Counted from the whole stretch's first letter, positions 1 through 12,785 are shown. The stretch is DNA of 63,287 bases, filler included, from Aduncisulcus paluster (GCA_024181965.1; 5 parts of 5 records of this genome joined end to end with filler, not necessarily neighbours in it); one strand, 5' to 3'. Numbers and translations are program-made. The notes: generated by a model from the sequence alone, not told the origin.

Positions 1-1206
1 AGCAGTCACGGCAGACTCAACCTCTTCTTGTCCGGTCACAAACACTAAAACATCTCCAGTGGTCGTAGTATAAAATATTTCTTCCTCCTCTTCTTCTCTC
101 TTCTCTTCTTTTTCTTTATGATATTTAATAAGCTTTTCTTTACGTTGCCTCCATTCTTGTTCTTGAATAAGATCGCTATAATTAGAACATTTTTCTTTCT
201 CATTCAACTCTGCAACTACCTGAATCGCACTTTCCAGATAATCATCAACTCCACAGTCGTAGGAAGAAGAAGAAGAGGAAGAAGAAGAGGAAGAAGAAGA
301 GGAAGACCACCAATAGTGCTTGATTGGATACGTTCTACCTTTTATGACCATAATCGAAGAAGTAGAGAAGAATGATGCGATGGGACTGGTATCAAGAGTG
401 GCACTCATAATTACCACTCGGAGAGGTTTGAACCTTCGTGTATCTTCCCTTTTATCCGGGTCAGCATCATCCAAATCAGCGTATTCTCTATGTCTCTGTG
501 TTGTTCTATCAATCCAGGCATGTTTGAGACCACCTCGAGCTCTTTGTTTTTCGATAAGAGTTTTTAACAAACCCAATGTCACATCAGTATCAATGGTTCT
601 CTCATGGGCTTCATCAACAATCACAAAATCATACTTGGATAACGTTTGATCAATCAAGGCTTCACGAAGAAGCATTCCATCCGTTAGAAATTTGATATAC
701 GTTCGAGTGGGATGAGAAAGCTCATCAAAACGAACACTGTATCCAACTTCTCGTCCTAAACTTACATCCATTTCCTGACTCACTCGTTTAGCGACAGAAA
801 TGGCCGCGACACGCCTAGGTTGTGTCACAGCAATATAACACGGTCGGCTGTAGGGCCAAGACTTAAGAAGAAATTGGGGGAGCTCTACGACGAGGAAAAT
901 ATAATAATTAATGTAGATGAAAAAAAAAAATTAATATTTTTTCGTAATGTTTTTGAATTTAAGCATAGAATCATAAAGTTCATAAAAACCACATTAGGAA
1001 GGAACAATTCAGGGAAGAAACAGGTAAATAATTGTATAAAACATAAATTATCAATCTTTGATCACTATTTTCCACGTAGAAAAACTTATATATGACTACA
1101 TACGGGTACTTTTTCCACATCCTGTTGATCCAACGAGAATAGACACATCATTATCATATATATTATTTAAAATTGCATCTTTGCATTGATGAATAGGTAA
1201 ATCCAT
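1..1206 (-). CDS. DEAH-box RNA helicase (DHX33/35/40/Prp22-Prp43 type); 2 exons (1206-1104, 884-<1); runs off the window
   Basis: Absent from the ORF track. Manual translation gives MDLPIHQCKDAIL...VGSTGCGKST Q LPQF...IAVTQPRRVAAISVAKRV...VGYSVRFDE...FLTDGMLLRE...IVDEAHERT...VVIMSATLD...GRTYPI...GDVLVFVTGQEEVE, i.e. motifs I, Ia, Ib, II (DEAH), III and IV, open down to base 1. Confidence 0.95.
885..1103 (-). other. Spliceosomal intron (219 nt) in the DEAH helicase
   Basis: GTATGT donor and ...TTTTCCTCGTCGTAG acceptor; removal gives C|AG and restores GKSTQLPQ. Confidence 0.93.
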
Positions 1207-1669
1207 GACTTGATAAAATCAATACTATTCAATACAAGCAAAAAAGCTTGATTGAAAATTCTCATTGCAATCAGTATTGGAGGAATTTTTAAATAATGTA
1301 AATCCATATGATACAACTTTATTTAAAATAATAAGATAACAATTATTTCGTTATTACCACAATCCGGGATTTCAAAGGTCCATTTGTTATCTTTTCTCCT
1401 GATCTTTATTTTTATTAGTTTTTAATTTAAATTTAACAAAACTAAAAAATAAAATATATTGTGAGTATCATAACTTTTGTATGCATATAAATTAAAGAGA
1501 TAGAATCTGAGATTTCCAGAGCAAAAAATTACCAAAAAAATAAACTAATTATAATATATTTTAATTTATTACAATCAACAAATCATTAATTAATTGACAA
1601 AACTTTTTGAATGCTTCTATAGCTGGTGTAGTTCAAGCCAATGTTATTTCCATCTGTCTTGCCAACATT

Positions 1670-3553
1670 ATGTCTAGTGAACGAGGTAGAATCTTCTTTG
1701 ATGAGGGATTAACCTGTTTTAGAGCGGGTAATTTCGCCCGTGCCGTATATTCCTTTAATCAAGCTCTTGAATTTTTGCAAGGCGATCGTAATATTCTTCT
1801 TTGGAGATCTAGAGCCTATGTTGCCCTTGGTCAGCCTCAAAAAGCTATAGACGATGCCGATGAATGCATTGGCAAAGACACTAAATTCCACAGAGGTCTC
1901 TTTCAAAAAGGAGAAGCCCTTTTTTCAGCTGGTGACTTTGAATTCGCCTTAATGTTCTATCACAGAGCACACAGACTTAGAACCGATATTGAAAAATACA
2001 AACTTGGAATCCAGAAAGCCGAAGCTGCCATCAATCGTGCCATTGAACAGGAATTAGCCCCCGAGACCGGTATTGAATCCGGTGAAGACGAAGAAACTGT
2101 GTATGACATTGATGGACAAGCTAGTTCTCACTTGTCAATATCTCAAGCCGATGAAGAAAGCGCCGTTTCGTCTGATCACGACGATCTTGATATTAGGAAG
2201 ATGAGAGACCGTTTGTTACAGGATAAACAAGCTCCACCCGACCCTTTAGCTCATAAAGCCATTCCTTCTCGTCGTTTATTGGGTGCGTTGTACGACGATC
2301 ACCTCTTTTTAAACAAAATGATGAAAGATCGGGTTATGACTGATGCTGCCACTGGAAAAGTCAGACAAATTATGCAAAAAGGACTGAATTACCTTGATTC
2401 TCGGATTGAATTCTGGAGACAACAGAAACCTCCTGTCCCACAAGGCGCTGAAGGGAAAACCTTATCTAAATCTCGCCGAACAACTCGTAGACGTCAACCA
2501 AAACCTCCATCATGTGCTCAAACAGGAATTAGGAGAGATTTACAGGCCATGGAAGGTAAATTAACGAAGGATACCGATGCCCAGTCCAATTTAACCAAAG
2601 ATACCACCCTATCTATTGAAGGTGGTGAAGAAGGTGTCTCCGGTGACCTTTCTGTTCACAACCAAGGCATGGAGAAAGAGAAAAGACTGAGTACTGTTTA
2701 TAGATTCATTAGTGAAACTCTTAATAATGTCCGTGAAGCCGTGGCCTCAAACGCCCCACATCTTGCGCTCCAATTTTGTGTAAAACTAAGAGACCGTCTT
2801 ACAAAAGGTCCAGGAGAATGGCAAACTCTGCCTGATCGTGAGCAAGTCCTTGCCGATGTATTTTCTGCCATGGGATGTATTTATTTCGACCAAGAGAAGT
2901 ATGATCAAGCTGTCATCCACTTCAGAAAATCCCTTGACCTCTCTGAACACGCGTCTTTACCAATGAAGACTGCCCGTGCCTTACGTAATCTTGGACGTAC
3001 CTTACAACGCCTTGGAGAGATCGTGAAGGCTGCCCCTCTGTACAATCGTGTCTTAAACATGGGAACAGTTCTCGGACCATTTGTTAGAGGAGATGCAGCT
3101 CTTCAGATCGGAAGATGTTATTTCGAAGCTGAAGAATGGGATCAAGCCGTTAGTTATGGCCAGAAAGCTCTGGAAATGTTGTTATTCTCGGACTCCAGAG
3201 GCGGTGCCGATTCGTCTGACTCAGCAAGCAAAAAATATGCCAATTCTCAGGATGAACTCGAAGATTTTCAAAGACACGCCCCATCCTTCTTTTCCCGTGC
3301 TGAACAATCGAGAAATGAAGATGAATTGGATAGTCGATGTTTGATTGGACGTGCGTTGTTTATGCTCGGCAAAGTTGATGAGAGTAAGGCAACGTTGGAG
3401 GAATGTCTTGCATTATCGAAAGAATTCGAGGATCCTACGGCTCAAGCTGCTGCCTTGGCCAATTTGAGCTCAATTTATAACCATTTAGGAGAGGCAGAAA
3501 AGGCTGAACAGATGCGAAAAGAGGCCGAAGAAGCTTCCAAAATGGGAATGTAA
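1670..3553 (+). CDS. TTC25: TPR protein, outer dynein arm docking complex subunit TTC25/ODAD4
   Basis: First in-frame ATG at 1670. Contains QKGEALFSAGDFEFALMFYHRAHRLR..KLGIQKAEAAI, LLGALYDD and FWRQQKP, all characteristic of TTC25, plus N- and C-terminal TPR arrays. Confidence 0.85.
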   Translation: MSSERGRIFFDEGLTCFRAGNFARAVYSFNQALEFLQGDRNILLWRSRAYVALGQPQKAIDDADECIGKDTKFHRGLFQKGEALFSAGDFEFALMFYHRAHRLRTDIEKYKLGIQKAEAAINRAIEQELAPETGIESGEDEETVYDIDGQASSHLSISQADEESAVSSDHDDLDIRKMRDRLLQDKQAPPDPLAHKAIPSRRLLGALYDDHLFLNKMMKDRVMTDAATGKVRQIMQKGLNYLDSRIEFWRQQKPPVPQGAEGKTLSKSRRTTRRRQPKPPSCAQTGIRRDLQAMEGKLTKDTDAQSNLTKDTTLSIEGGEEGVSGDLSVHNQGMEKEKRLSTVYRFISETLNNVREAVASNAPHLALQFCVKLRDRLTKGPGEWQTLPDREQVLADVFSAMGCIYFDQEKYDQAVIHFRKSLDLSEHASLPMKTARALRNLGRTLQRLGEIVKAAPLYNRVLNMGTVLGPFVRGDAALQIGRCYFEAEEWDQAVSYGQKALEMLLFSDSRGGADSSDSASKKYANSQDELEDFQRHAPSFFSRAEQSRNEDELDSRCLIGRALFMLGKVDESKATLEECLALSKEFEDPTAQAAALANLSSIYNHLGEAEKAEQMRKEAEEASKMGM

Positions 3554-3863
3554 AAATGAAAATAGATTATTGTTTTCAAGTATTATTTATCCTTTATTCA
3601 TTAGTAAAACATTGAAATAAAAGGGAATTCAATGAAAATCTTGGAGATTTTAAGGAGAAAAGAGGGAATTTCCCAATTGAATTTCCTTCCTGTCTAAAAT
3701 ACAATAAAATTGTAGAATTTAAAACAATTATGAATGTGTTGTACAATCATAAATGCAGTATCGTGCGGTGAAAATAATATTTTATGCTCAGATTGGAAGA
3801 TCCGATTGTTTTTTGTTCATTTCGTTGCGCAAGTAAGTAGACGCAAAAAATATCGTTTGCGAA

Positions 3864-6800
3864 ATGGCTAATTTATCTCAATATATTGATTTTAAACAGC
3901 CCATCTCATTTATTTCTCAACCGCAACTTTCTGGATCAACTGAATTGGCCAGAGCCAAAGAAATTGCGTATCTACCGTCATCAAAGAACAAATACCCTGA
4001 AAATGGTCCTATAAGAGGTCATTTACTTCTTAATACAGACACTGGAATGTTTGTGGTGAAGAAAAAAACCTTTAGGAAAGGTCATCCGACTCGTAAAGGT
4101 GGTTGGAGTGGAGATTTCTTGAATTTTATGCCCAAAGNNNNNNNNNNNNNNNNNNNNAACAGCCCATCTCATTTATTTCTCAACCGCAACTTTCTGGATC
4201 AACTGAATTGGCCAGAGCCAAAGAAATTGCGTATCTACCGTCATCAAAGAACAAATACCCTGAAAATGGTCCTATAAGAGGTCATTTACTTCTTAATACA
4301 GACACTGGAATGTTTGTGGTGAAGAAAAAAACCTTTAGGAAAGGTCATCCGACTCGTAAAGGTGGTTGGAGTGGAGATTTCTTGAATTTTATGCCCAAAG
4401 ATATTGGAGTTTCCAGTCATCAGCAACATCTTGTTTATTGCAATCGAGAAGTATGGATTAGTTATTCTAATCGTTATTTATGCAGTTTTCCAATTAATAC
4501 CCCAACTCCAAAACAAACATGTTCAATTTCATTGCCCAGCAATGTTATATCTCTTAATTCAGGTCTTATAACGCCTAATTATGATGTTGATGATGAAGTT
4601 TACAAATATTATTATGACAGTGTTTCGAGAGTAACTTCACGCCCAGAATCAGCCTTAGACGGATCTCTTGACCCCTTAATCGTTAAATTCAAGACTAAAA
4701 CGGGCGGATCAAAAGCTAGAGCGCCTTTACCCAAACCAAACACTCCAATCCTTTTGGTTCATGATGGTAGTAATAGGATCCACACAATTAACACTAAAAC
4801 ACATTCATTATTGTATACTTTAACACTCAAACGTGATTCAAAAGTTGCCAAAACATATGGAAAAACAAAGGGACCTTACGAGAGTATTTTTGCTGCTATT
4901 GCTGTAACTTCTGGCATATTTGCAATTGTAACTAACAAATATGTTTATTTACGTGACGTTTTGACTGGATCCCGCACAACCGGTCTGAGTGAAATTCCTA
5001 TTCCAGCAAACACTGAAAATCCAATATCTGAAGCGCATTCTTACCCCCGTCCGGTGTCAGTATGTGCTCAAAATGGTACATTATGTATTGGATATGATAA
5101 CGGGGAAGTATGTGTTATGTATGAGAAGGAAAGGTCGTTTAAAAATGTTTTCCAGGTCTTCCCACGATCGATCATTGATGGAAGTGAATCTTCTGAATTA
5201 GAAAGACACGATGGGAAATATAGCCCTGTTTCATTCGATGTAGAGAGGAAAAAACGGGTTGATTCATCCGAATTCCCTTCTTTCCAACCTCAACGCTCCA
5301 CACACATTCCATCGAGCCTTTCTGAGTCTATCTTGAGCGATCCATTGGTTTCAATGTGTCCAGATCTATCTTTACGACTAAATTCTGTCTTTCTCCTAGG
5401 TGGTTGTTTATGGTGCATTTCTCATGGAACCTACGGTCGTTCTCAGCATGCTCCATCTGTTTCTACAGTGAGTTCTGTGAGTATCATCCGTGCCATTGAT
5501 CTCAAAACAGGAGTTTGTGTCCTTTGCGAACGTATAAAAGCTATATTATATGGGTCAATACTAAATGAAACTCATTTGGCCATTTGGAGCTCAATCGGTC
5601 AATTATATGTTCTAAATGGACGCAAATGGGACGAGAAACAAGAAGAACTTATTAAATCAACCATTATATCGACTCAAGATACAAAATTATCAAAAACGAG
5701 TCACGCTGTTGACAAAATTGACACTTCTCAACCAGAAAATGTCCAAAATCACGTATTTAGTTCGACTATTGACTTATCTCCGCATGAAACCATTGACAAA
5801 CCAGTTGAATCCGACCGTTCCCAGGTTATTCAAGCCTTCCTTGATGGACCTTCGATTGAATCTAAGGAAGCTCAAAAAGATGCCGAAGAAGCCCAAATAC
5901 GTGAAAGAATGAATGCTTTTCTTCATAAAGGAATTATTGGAAATAAGAAAGAGGAAGAAAAAGAAGAAGAAGAAGGAGATGATAGATTAGGTTCTTCCGG
6001 TCTCTTTTTGGCTCAGAACAATCCAAAAATAGAAATATCTCCATCTTCTTCGAAAAAAGATGAAGAACTGGATCATCATATTACAAAGTATCATGAAATC
6101 TCACCCTCTGATGAAAATTGGAGAAATCACGGCGATATCGTTGTTTCGGTTACCAGTAGATCCGCCATTTTCACTCCTGTTGTCCACCCACCTCGAACTC
6201 CCATTTTCCATTGTTCTTTAGCTCCGATATGTCAAGAGATGGAAGAAGAAGTATCTGCCACCGAATTCGACTCAGACACATCAGAATCCAGCGTTGTTTC
6301 CATTCACTCGTCGAATGCAGTGACAAAAGATCAGAATAGGAATGAAACGTTTGAAATGGAAAGAATTGGAATGGATTCTGATCGGCAGATGGGTTCCATA
6401 CCATTACGTTCTTCACTTTCCCTCCCTATATCTCATCATTCTTCTCACAATTCTAATAATAGAACATCTTCATGCATAGTTTCTGGGTCCTCTTCCTCTT
6501 CTTCCTCTTCCTCTTCCTCTTCTTCTTCCTTACAACATATTAGTGGAGGGCTTGGTGCAAGTATTGTCAGAACTCCTGTACCAACGTCACATTTAGCCCA
6601 GAACAACACTTATTCTTTGGTTGCTCATGAAGAACAAAGCAGTCAACATTCTCCATCTTATTCGAGATCTGCATCTAATTCGAAATCAGTGCCACCGAAA
6701 TCCAATCTATTTTTAGAACAACAACCGAAACATCAAGAAATGTCCATTGCTGATCTGATTATTGGTGGTTCGGAACATCAAAAAGAAGAAGAAGAAGAAA

Positions 6801-8101
6801 TTTCGATGTCCATAACAACGACCAGTCCAAGACATAACCCTATAGATAAACAAGATTCTCATAATATGATCTGTTTTCCAAAACATGTGGCGGAAGATAT
6901 TTATAAAGATCTTGATGACAGTCTCATGGAACGTGAAATTCTTGCCGAAGAAAGGAAATCCTTGGAAAAATGTGCCCGAGAAGTCGAACAAAAAGCCGAT
7001 TCTTTGCGCATTTTGGTCAAATCTTTTCAAGAAAAGTCAAAAAAATTAGAAAACGAACGACTATTATTAGAAACTGAGAAAAACAATGTGAAATTTGAAA
7101 AAAGTGAGCTCGAAAAAAGTCAACGTGAGCTCGAAACGCTTAAAAAGGAATTGCTTGAAAAAAGAAAGGAACAAATAGAAGAGGAAGAGGAAGAGGAAGA
7201 GGAAAGAGAGAAAGAAGATATTCAAATGACTTCTGATCTAATTTTAGGAGCAGACGTCGAAGAAATCAAGAAAGAACTTGAAGAAACACAACGGTTACTT
7301 GCACAATCAATTGAAGAAAAAGATAAATTTTCTGTTTCTCTGAAAGAAAAAGAGATTTTGCATTCCCAGGTTTGTTCCGAATTAGAAAAGACCAAAAAAA
7401 TTCAATTTTCTCAGCTTACTAAATATAGCGAACTTCAAACCGGATACAGCGACATTGTTGAAACTCACAAAGAAGTTTGTACTGCTCTCGAAGATGTGAC
7501 TGAACAGCTACAGCAAAAGGAACAGGAATGGCATGAAAAAGAACAAAAGTGGCACGAAAAAGAAAAAGAATGGCAAGCGAAAATATCATTATTCGATTCA
7601 AAAATTCAGAAAACTCAAGACACAGAAGAAGCTAATTTGCATTTAGTTTCTCAGCTCAAAAATCAACTTGAGAAAGAAAAAGAGTTGAGGAAAAAATCAG
7701 AAGCTCAATGTGAAGAAGAGGTAAAAGAAAAAATGGATGAAATATCGATGCTCAATGATATAATTGCCACTTTGAAGAAAGAAAAAGAAGTCAGAGAAGT
7801 TAGAGAAAAAGAAGTAATGGAAGAAATGAACGAAACAACCGATAAAAGTTCTTCAGGTGGATCTTCAAGTCCAAAAATACTTATTGAAGAAATTGAGAAA
7901 AGAAGAGCTGCAGAAGACGAATGCCAAAGATTGTCAACAACAATTATCTCTCTCAAAGATCAAATCCAAAAATCTGATCAAAAATATAGAAGGCGGGTTA
8001 AAACTGTTGAAAATGAAGTGAAACTACGCATGTCAGAAATTTCAGAATTAAAAGGTAAAATTAAGAAATTAATGGAAATAATTACAAAAAGCATCGAATA
8101 A
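3864..8101 (+). CDS. Large protein (~1324 aa after removing the gap duplication): beta-rich/propeller-like N-half, Ser-rich linker, long C-terminal coiled coil
   Basis: ORFs 3864..4277 and 4103..8101 form one gene: joining 3864-4137 to 4401-8101 is in frame. WD-like blade LCIGYDNGEVCVM; E/K-rich heptads from about 6930. Confidence 0.8.
3895..4400. other. Scaffold gap (20 N, 4138-4157) with duplicated flanks; assembly artefact
   Basis: 3895-4137 is repeated at 4158-4400. Confidence 0.95.
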
Positions 8102-8688
8102 ATAAAAATGTCAGATTTAATCTAAATATCTCAAGATTTTGTACAGTCAATATTTTACAAATTCATAAGCATTAATAATATCTATTTTTAGATAATTTAA
8201 AAATATTATTTAGTATATGATTATTTACAAAATTATTAAAATTAATATATAATTTATTTATAAAAGGAATAATTAATTCATCTATTTTTAGATTTTAAAT
8301 GGTTATATGGCACTGAGAGATGTAAACAAAATGACAATTGTAATTTTGAGTGTTTTGTTAATCATATATTCAAGATAATAGGTAAAATTAAATTTATTCT
8401 AACGAATTAACGTCGAATTTTCATTTTTGTTCAGAACTCAGGGTCACATCATAATATATCAAGAAATATTACATAATTTGCAACTCATAAACGGTATTAA
8501 TGATCGGAATTATCATTAAATAATATCAAAAACTCTAGATTCGCAAGATCTGATGGATTGTTCAAAAAAATGTAATGTGTTTTGAATTCGAAGGTAATCT
8601 GAATTTCATTCTAATTCTCTCATGATAATTTCACAAATGCTTCTTTGCCTGTATTCTGCTTATACATATATAACCTTTTCTTCTTGTT

Positions 8689-9966
8689 ATGTACCCGTTA
8701 AGTCATATTCCTCCCTCATATTCTCTTGATAACCGCCATAATTTTGCTTTTGCATTTTCCTTTAAAAAGTGTTCTGAATCATTCATTGAGAAGAATCAAT
8801 CTGTGTTTCAATGTCACCGCCTTGATGTTATTTCTAGAGCTTTGAAACATTTTCACCTTCATCCAATTGAGATTGTCTGTCGTTTTATTAGGCTTGTTGG
8901 TACATCCAAACACTGTATGCTATTAATTCAACCCATTTTTGCCTCACTTTCTGCCGAAGAGAGTTATATTCTTGATACAGCCATTTTCCAATTCATTCAT
9001 AAAGAATTAGGAGGCAAAGAGTATTTCATTTCCACAAAAATTGTAACTCCTGAATTTTTTATTTGTTTTCAACTCCCCTTTGCCTGCCAACGTATTAGGA
9101 AGATTATTTCTGCTAAGCACCGTCACTATTTTGTTTTGCGTTCTGATATGTCTTCTCCTGTCAGCACCCAATCTTATGTAGTTGGTGTGGGTCGGGCCAG
9201 TGAAGTAAGTGAACTCGAAGCTGAGCTTGGAGCCCCTGTCCAGATCAATCAATGCCCTGCCATGCCAAATACATTTGATGCCAAGATGTTCGTCTCCCCT
9301 TATTCCCCCCCGGCCATTATATTGCCCAGTGAGATCCACGATCGTCATTTCCACCCTCAACCCCCTTTCTATTCTTCCATGCCTTATCTTCCTCATGCTT
9401 CTCATCACCAACACCATTACACTGCTCCTCCTCCCATCATTCCACAACAATATTCCCATATCCCTGAGACTGGAAGGACTTCTATTGGATATTCTCACCA
9501 AGCTCCCCCGTCTTTCCAAGCCCAAGCCCAAGCCCAATCCCAATCTGCCCGAGTTCCTGGAGCTTCCACTGTTCCCTCTCTGATTCAGCATCACCCAATG
9601 CACTCTGAGCTCCGTCAGCCAGCCTTTGGAGATGATATGTTCACACTGCCAGAATATTTGTTACCCTCTTCCTCTTCCTCTTCCTCTGCTCTTCCTTCCT
9701 CTCCCAAGCTGAATCTATTACCAAGAACCCTGTCGACTTCTTCAGCTTCTTCATCGAGTCGTTCTCTTCCTGGGATGGGCGATCAGCATCACGAATCACC
9801 AATTCACGCTGTTCCTTCCTCTTCTTCTTCCTCTTCCTTGGGGCCTGAAAGGTTTTCTTCAAGATCTTCTTCAGAGGCATCTATAGGCCATTTCGATCCA
9901 ACGAAAGTCTCTTCCTCTTCTTCTTCTTCTTCTTCACATCAATTGTTCGTGTATGATGGATTTTAA
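8689..9966 (+). CDS. Hypothetical protein: ~190-aa folded N-terminus plus P/H/Q/S-rich disordered C-half
   Basis: 425-aa ATG ORF, GC-richer than its flanks; no family recognised. Confidence 0.7.
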   Translation: MYPLSHIPPSYSLDNRHNFAFAFSFKKCSESFIEKNQSVFQCHRLDVISRALKHFHLHPIEIVCRFIRLVGTSKHCMLLIQPIFASLSAEESYILDTAIFQFIHKELGGKEYFISTKIVTPEFFICFQLPFACQRIRKIISAKHRHYFVLRSDMSSPVSTQSYVVGVGRASEVSELEAELGAPVQINQCPAMPNTFDAKMFVSPYSPPAIILPSEIHDRHFHPQPPFYSSMPYLPHASHHQHHYTAPPPIIPQQYSHIPETGRTSIGYSHQAPPSFQAQAQAQSQSARVPGASTVPSLIQHHPMHSELRQPAFGDDMFTLPEYLLPSSSSSSSALPSSPKLNLLPRTLSTSSASSSSRSLPGMGDQHHESPIHAVPSSSSSSSLGPERFSSRSSSEASIGHFDPTKVSSSSSSSSSHQLFVYDGF

Positions 9967-11097
9967 AAGGTTATTATTTATTATATTATTTATTTTCTTC
10001 GTTTTGATTCTTTGTTCTCAACATGCCAAATCCCAAAAACTGGCAAAATTCCAATAATTTATTTTTTAATGACTGGACCTTGATATTTTTTCATATTTTA
10101 TTCTATTTCGATCTCCTTTCTTAATTGGTGTTTTTTTTTTTTTTTTTTTTTTTTTTTCAAATATTTTCAAAGGTTTTATTGTTTTGGCTATTTGTAAAGG
10201 AGAGTTACCGGAAAAATATCAATACAAATCACTTATTTTTGTGTTTTAATTTACTATATTTCGTTCAGATTTCAAACAAACTTTTGTCGAGCTAAACATC
10301 TTGCTTAAAGCTTATTTTTATTTCTATTTTTCTTTATTTACGTTATTAAAAAGCTCACAAATGGTTTGTGATATTAATATGCTTTCAATTATCGGTTTTA
10401 TATTTATTCTGAAATTTCTATATTCCTAAAACAATAATTTATGTATTCACTTATATGATGTATCTTATTTAATCTTTTTCAATGCCATTTTATCGAAAAA
10501 AACGTGAATATTTTTATAATTATTAACAAAATATCAAACTTGTTGTAAATAATATTTATACCAGTTTAAATGGCATTTCCTCGTATTCTTAAACAATCAT
10601 TAGTATTATTTTATATTTTCCACTTAGTAAATACTTTTCAAAGTTGAGAACTCGGTCTCTTTTTTGGTGATTAGGAATCGGATTTGCGCCAATGTGAAAC
10701 AAAAGGATAGTTCATGAAAAGTATTTATTAATATTGCAACAATATCGAAAATTATAAATATTCTATCACCTTATTATACCATTTCTCAAACAGAATAACA
10801 ACTTTGATCCGACCTATAAAAAGTACCCAAAAGAGTGAAAAAATAAAACGTTTAACAAAAACCCCGTAAACGTATTCTTATTTTTGTTTCAATTTATTAT
10901 CATATATTCCCATACAAAATGATTAACGAGAGAATGGAGTGAAAATTTTGTCTTTTCATTATTTTTGTTGCAATTTCAAAAAGGCATCAGGAAAGGGTTC
11001 AATTATTTCATAATTTATAACTCAACTATCTTGAATATTACCAAATATCATCGATTATTCATCAGACTCATTCAGTTATTCAAGAAATATACGAAAC

Positions 11098-12726
11098 ATG
11101 TCGTTAAAAGATTTTAAAATACTAAATATCCTTGGTAAAGGAAGTTATGGAACAGTTTATCGAGCTATACGACATTCAGATTCAAAAGAATATGCCATAA
11201 AAGAAATTAATGTAAAATATATGTCAGATAAAGAAAGAGAGGAGTCATTAAATGAAGTTAGGGTCCTTGCATCAATCTATGACCCTCACGTGATCGCATA
11301 TTTTGACTCATTTGCTGAAAAAGACAAATTATTTATTATTATGGAATATTCGCCAAAAGGAGATCTTAGCAAGCGAATCAAACAGAGGAAACTCTCAAGA
11401 AATCCATTTCCAGAGGATACAGTTTGGCTATTCTTCATCCAAATGTGCCTTGGGCTTCAAAGTTTACATAAAAAACATATTTTACATCGAGACTTAAAAA
11501 GCGCTAATATATTCATAAACGACGATAAAACTATTAAAATTGGTGACCTTGGTGTTGCCCGTGTTCTTAAAGGTAAAAATTCTCTTGCTAAAACCAGTAT
11601 TGGAACCCCATATTATATATCACCGGAAATATGGAGAAATGTTCCATACGATGCTAAAAGCGATATATGGTCTCTCGGTTGTTTATTATACGAAATGTTA
11701 ACATTTAAACATCCATTTGATGGTCGAGATATGCGCGGGTTGGCTCATGCGGTGTTACAAGGGAAATATCACCCAATTCCGTCAAGATATTCACGTGAAT
11801 TGGCATCTATCGTGGCTTGGTGTTTGCAAAGGGACTCTTCAAAGCGTCCGTCCATTGATGAAATATTAGTCCATCCTGCCATTCGTTCAAGACTTTCCAC
11901 TCTTCCTCTTTCGCCTTCCATAGTTGGATCCACCACTCCGCACTCATTGTGCCCCACCATTAAACTTGGAAAACGTTTTGGGGCTGTCAGAGTCCGTGGC
12001 GAACCAATTCTTCGAGATGTGAAGCTTCCATCTCCTGCCTATGAAAAACGACGTAAATACGAAGAAAGCATTCTTAAAGATTCACAGAGAGATCCCAAAT
12101 GTTACTCTATTCCTTCCAGTTTTGATGGTTCCTTTGGGACAGATCGTAGCGACAGTATATCTGTTAGTCTGAGTGGAAAAGACGGTTCTAGCCGTAAAAG
12201 TATCGGCAGCAGCGATGGACATTCCGGTTCTTCTGAATGTAAACAGCCCATTGACAGAAAAAAACCTCCCCCACAACCTATTAGTCGACCTTCAGCACGA
12301 CCTATTAGGGGAAGTGGCATTTCTGTCGTTAACTACTCTCCAAGAGGGCGTGAAAAGAAAAAAGGTCAATATCACGACGTTAGAGATCCAAGTCGAGATG
12401 GTAAAGCTTATATTGGACATAGACATTATAAAAGAAGCGGATCTGGCGAACAGCAGGATGAAATATACCGCCCAGTGATTCCTAAAGTTCCTCATCGTGC
12501 TCACAAACCATATGTTCGGTATTCTTCACGATCTGATCATGCCCAACAACAATCGGAGGCTGGTCCAGATTCTAGAATTCCGAGAGCTTTTGAAAAACAC
12601 TCATATCACCATGGAAAAGATTTGAAACACCCACTTCCGCCTGTTCCCAGAGATCAAGCTAGTTGTCTTGTCCAAGGTCCTATTCGACCGAGAAGGAGGA
12701 TGCCCTATGCTTATATGGGATATTAA
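11098..12726 (+). CDS. NIMA-related (NEK) Ser/Thr kinase, CNK2/NEK1-like
   Basis: LGKGSYGTVY, YAIKEI, EESLNEVRVLA, HRDLKSANIF, GDLGVARVL, IGTPYYISPE, KSDIWSLGC; basic disordered tail. Confidence 0.95.
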   Translation: MSLKDFKILNILGKGSYGTVYRAIRHSDSKEYAIKEINVKYMSDKEREESLNEVRVLASIYDPHVIAYFDSFAEKDKLFIIMEYSPKGDLSKRIKQRKLSRNPFPEDTVWLFFIQMCLGLQSLHKKHILHRDLKSANIFINDDKTIKIGDLGVARVLKGKNSLAKTSIGTPYYISPEIWRNVPYDAKSDIWSLGCLLYEMLTFKHPFDGRDMRGLAHAVLQGKYHPIPSRYSRELASIVAWCLQRDSSKRPSIDEILVHPAIRSRLSTLPLSPSIVGSTTPHSLCPTIKLGKRFGAVRVRGEPILRDVKLPSPAYEKRRKYEESILKDSQRDPKCYSIPSSFDGSFGTDRSDSISVSLSGKDGSSRKSIGSSDGHSGSSECKQPIDRKKPPPQPISRPSARPIRGSGISVVNYSPRGREKKKGQYHDVRDPSRDGKAYIGHRHYKRSGSGEQQDEIYRPVIPKVPHRAHKPYVRYSSRSDHAQQQSEAGPDSRIPRAFEKHSYHHGKDLKHPLPPVPRDQASCLVQGPIRPRRRMPYAYMGY

Positions 12727-12729
12727 TAT

Positions 12730-12785
12730 GTCAAAAAAAGTCAATCAGTCAAAAAAAGTCAAGGAATATTGTCAAGAAGGGTCAA
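12730..12785 (+). repeat. Six GTCAA motifs, including a duplicated GTCAAAAAAAGTCAA unit, immediately after the NEK stop
   Basis: gtcaaaaaaagtcaatcagtcaaaaaaagtcaaggaatattgtcaagaagggtcaa. Confidence 0.8.

Noticed and set aside
3895-4400. Direct repeats of about 170-290 nt around five 20-N gaps (possible LTRs or tandem duplications)
   Set aside because: Each is an overlap of contig ends; removing one copy restores continuous reading frames.
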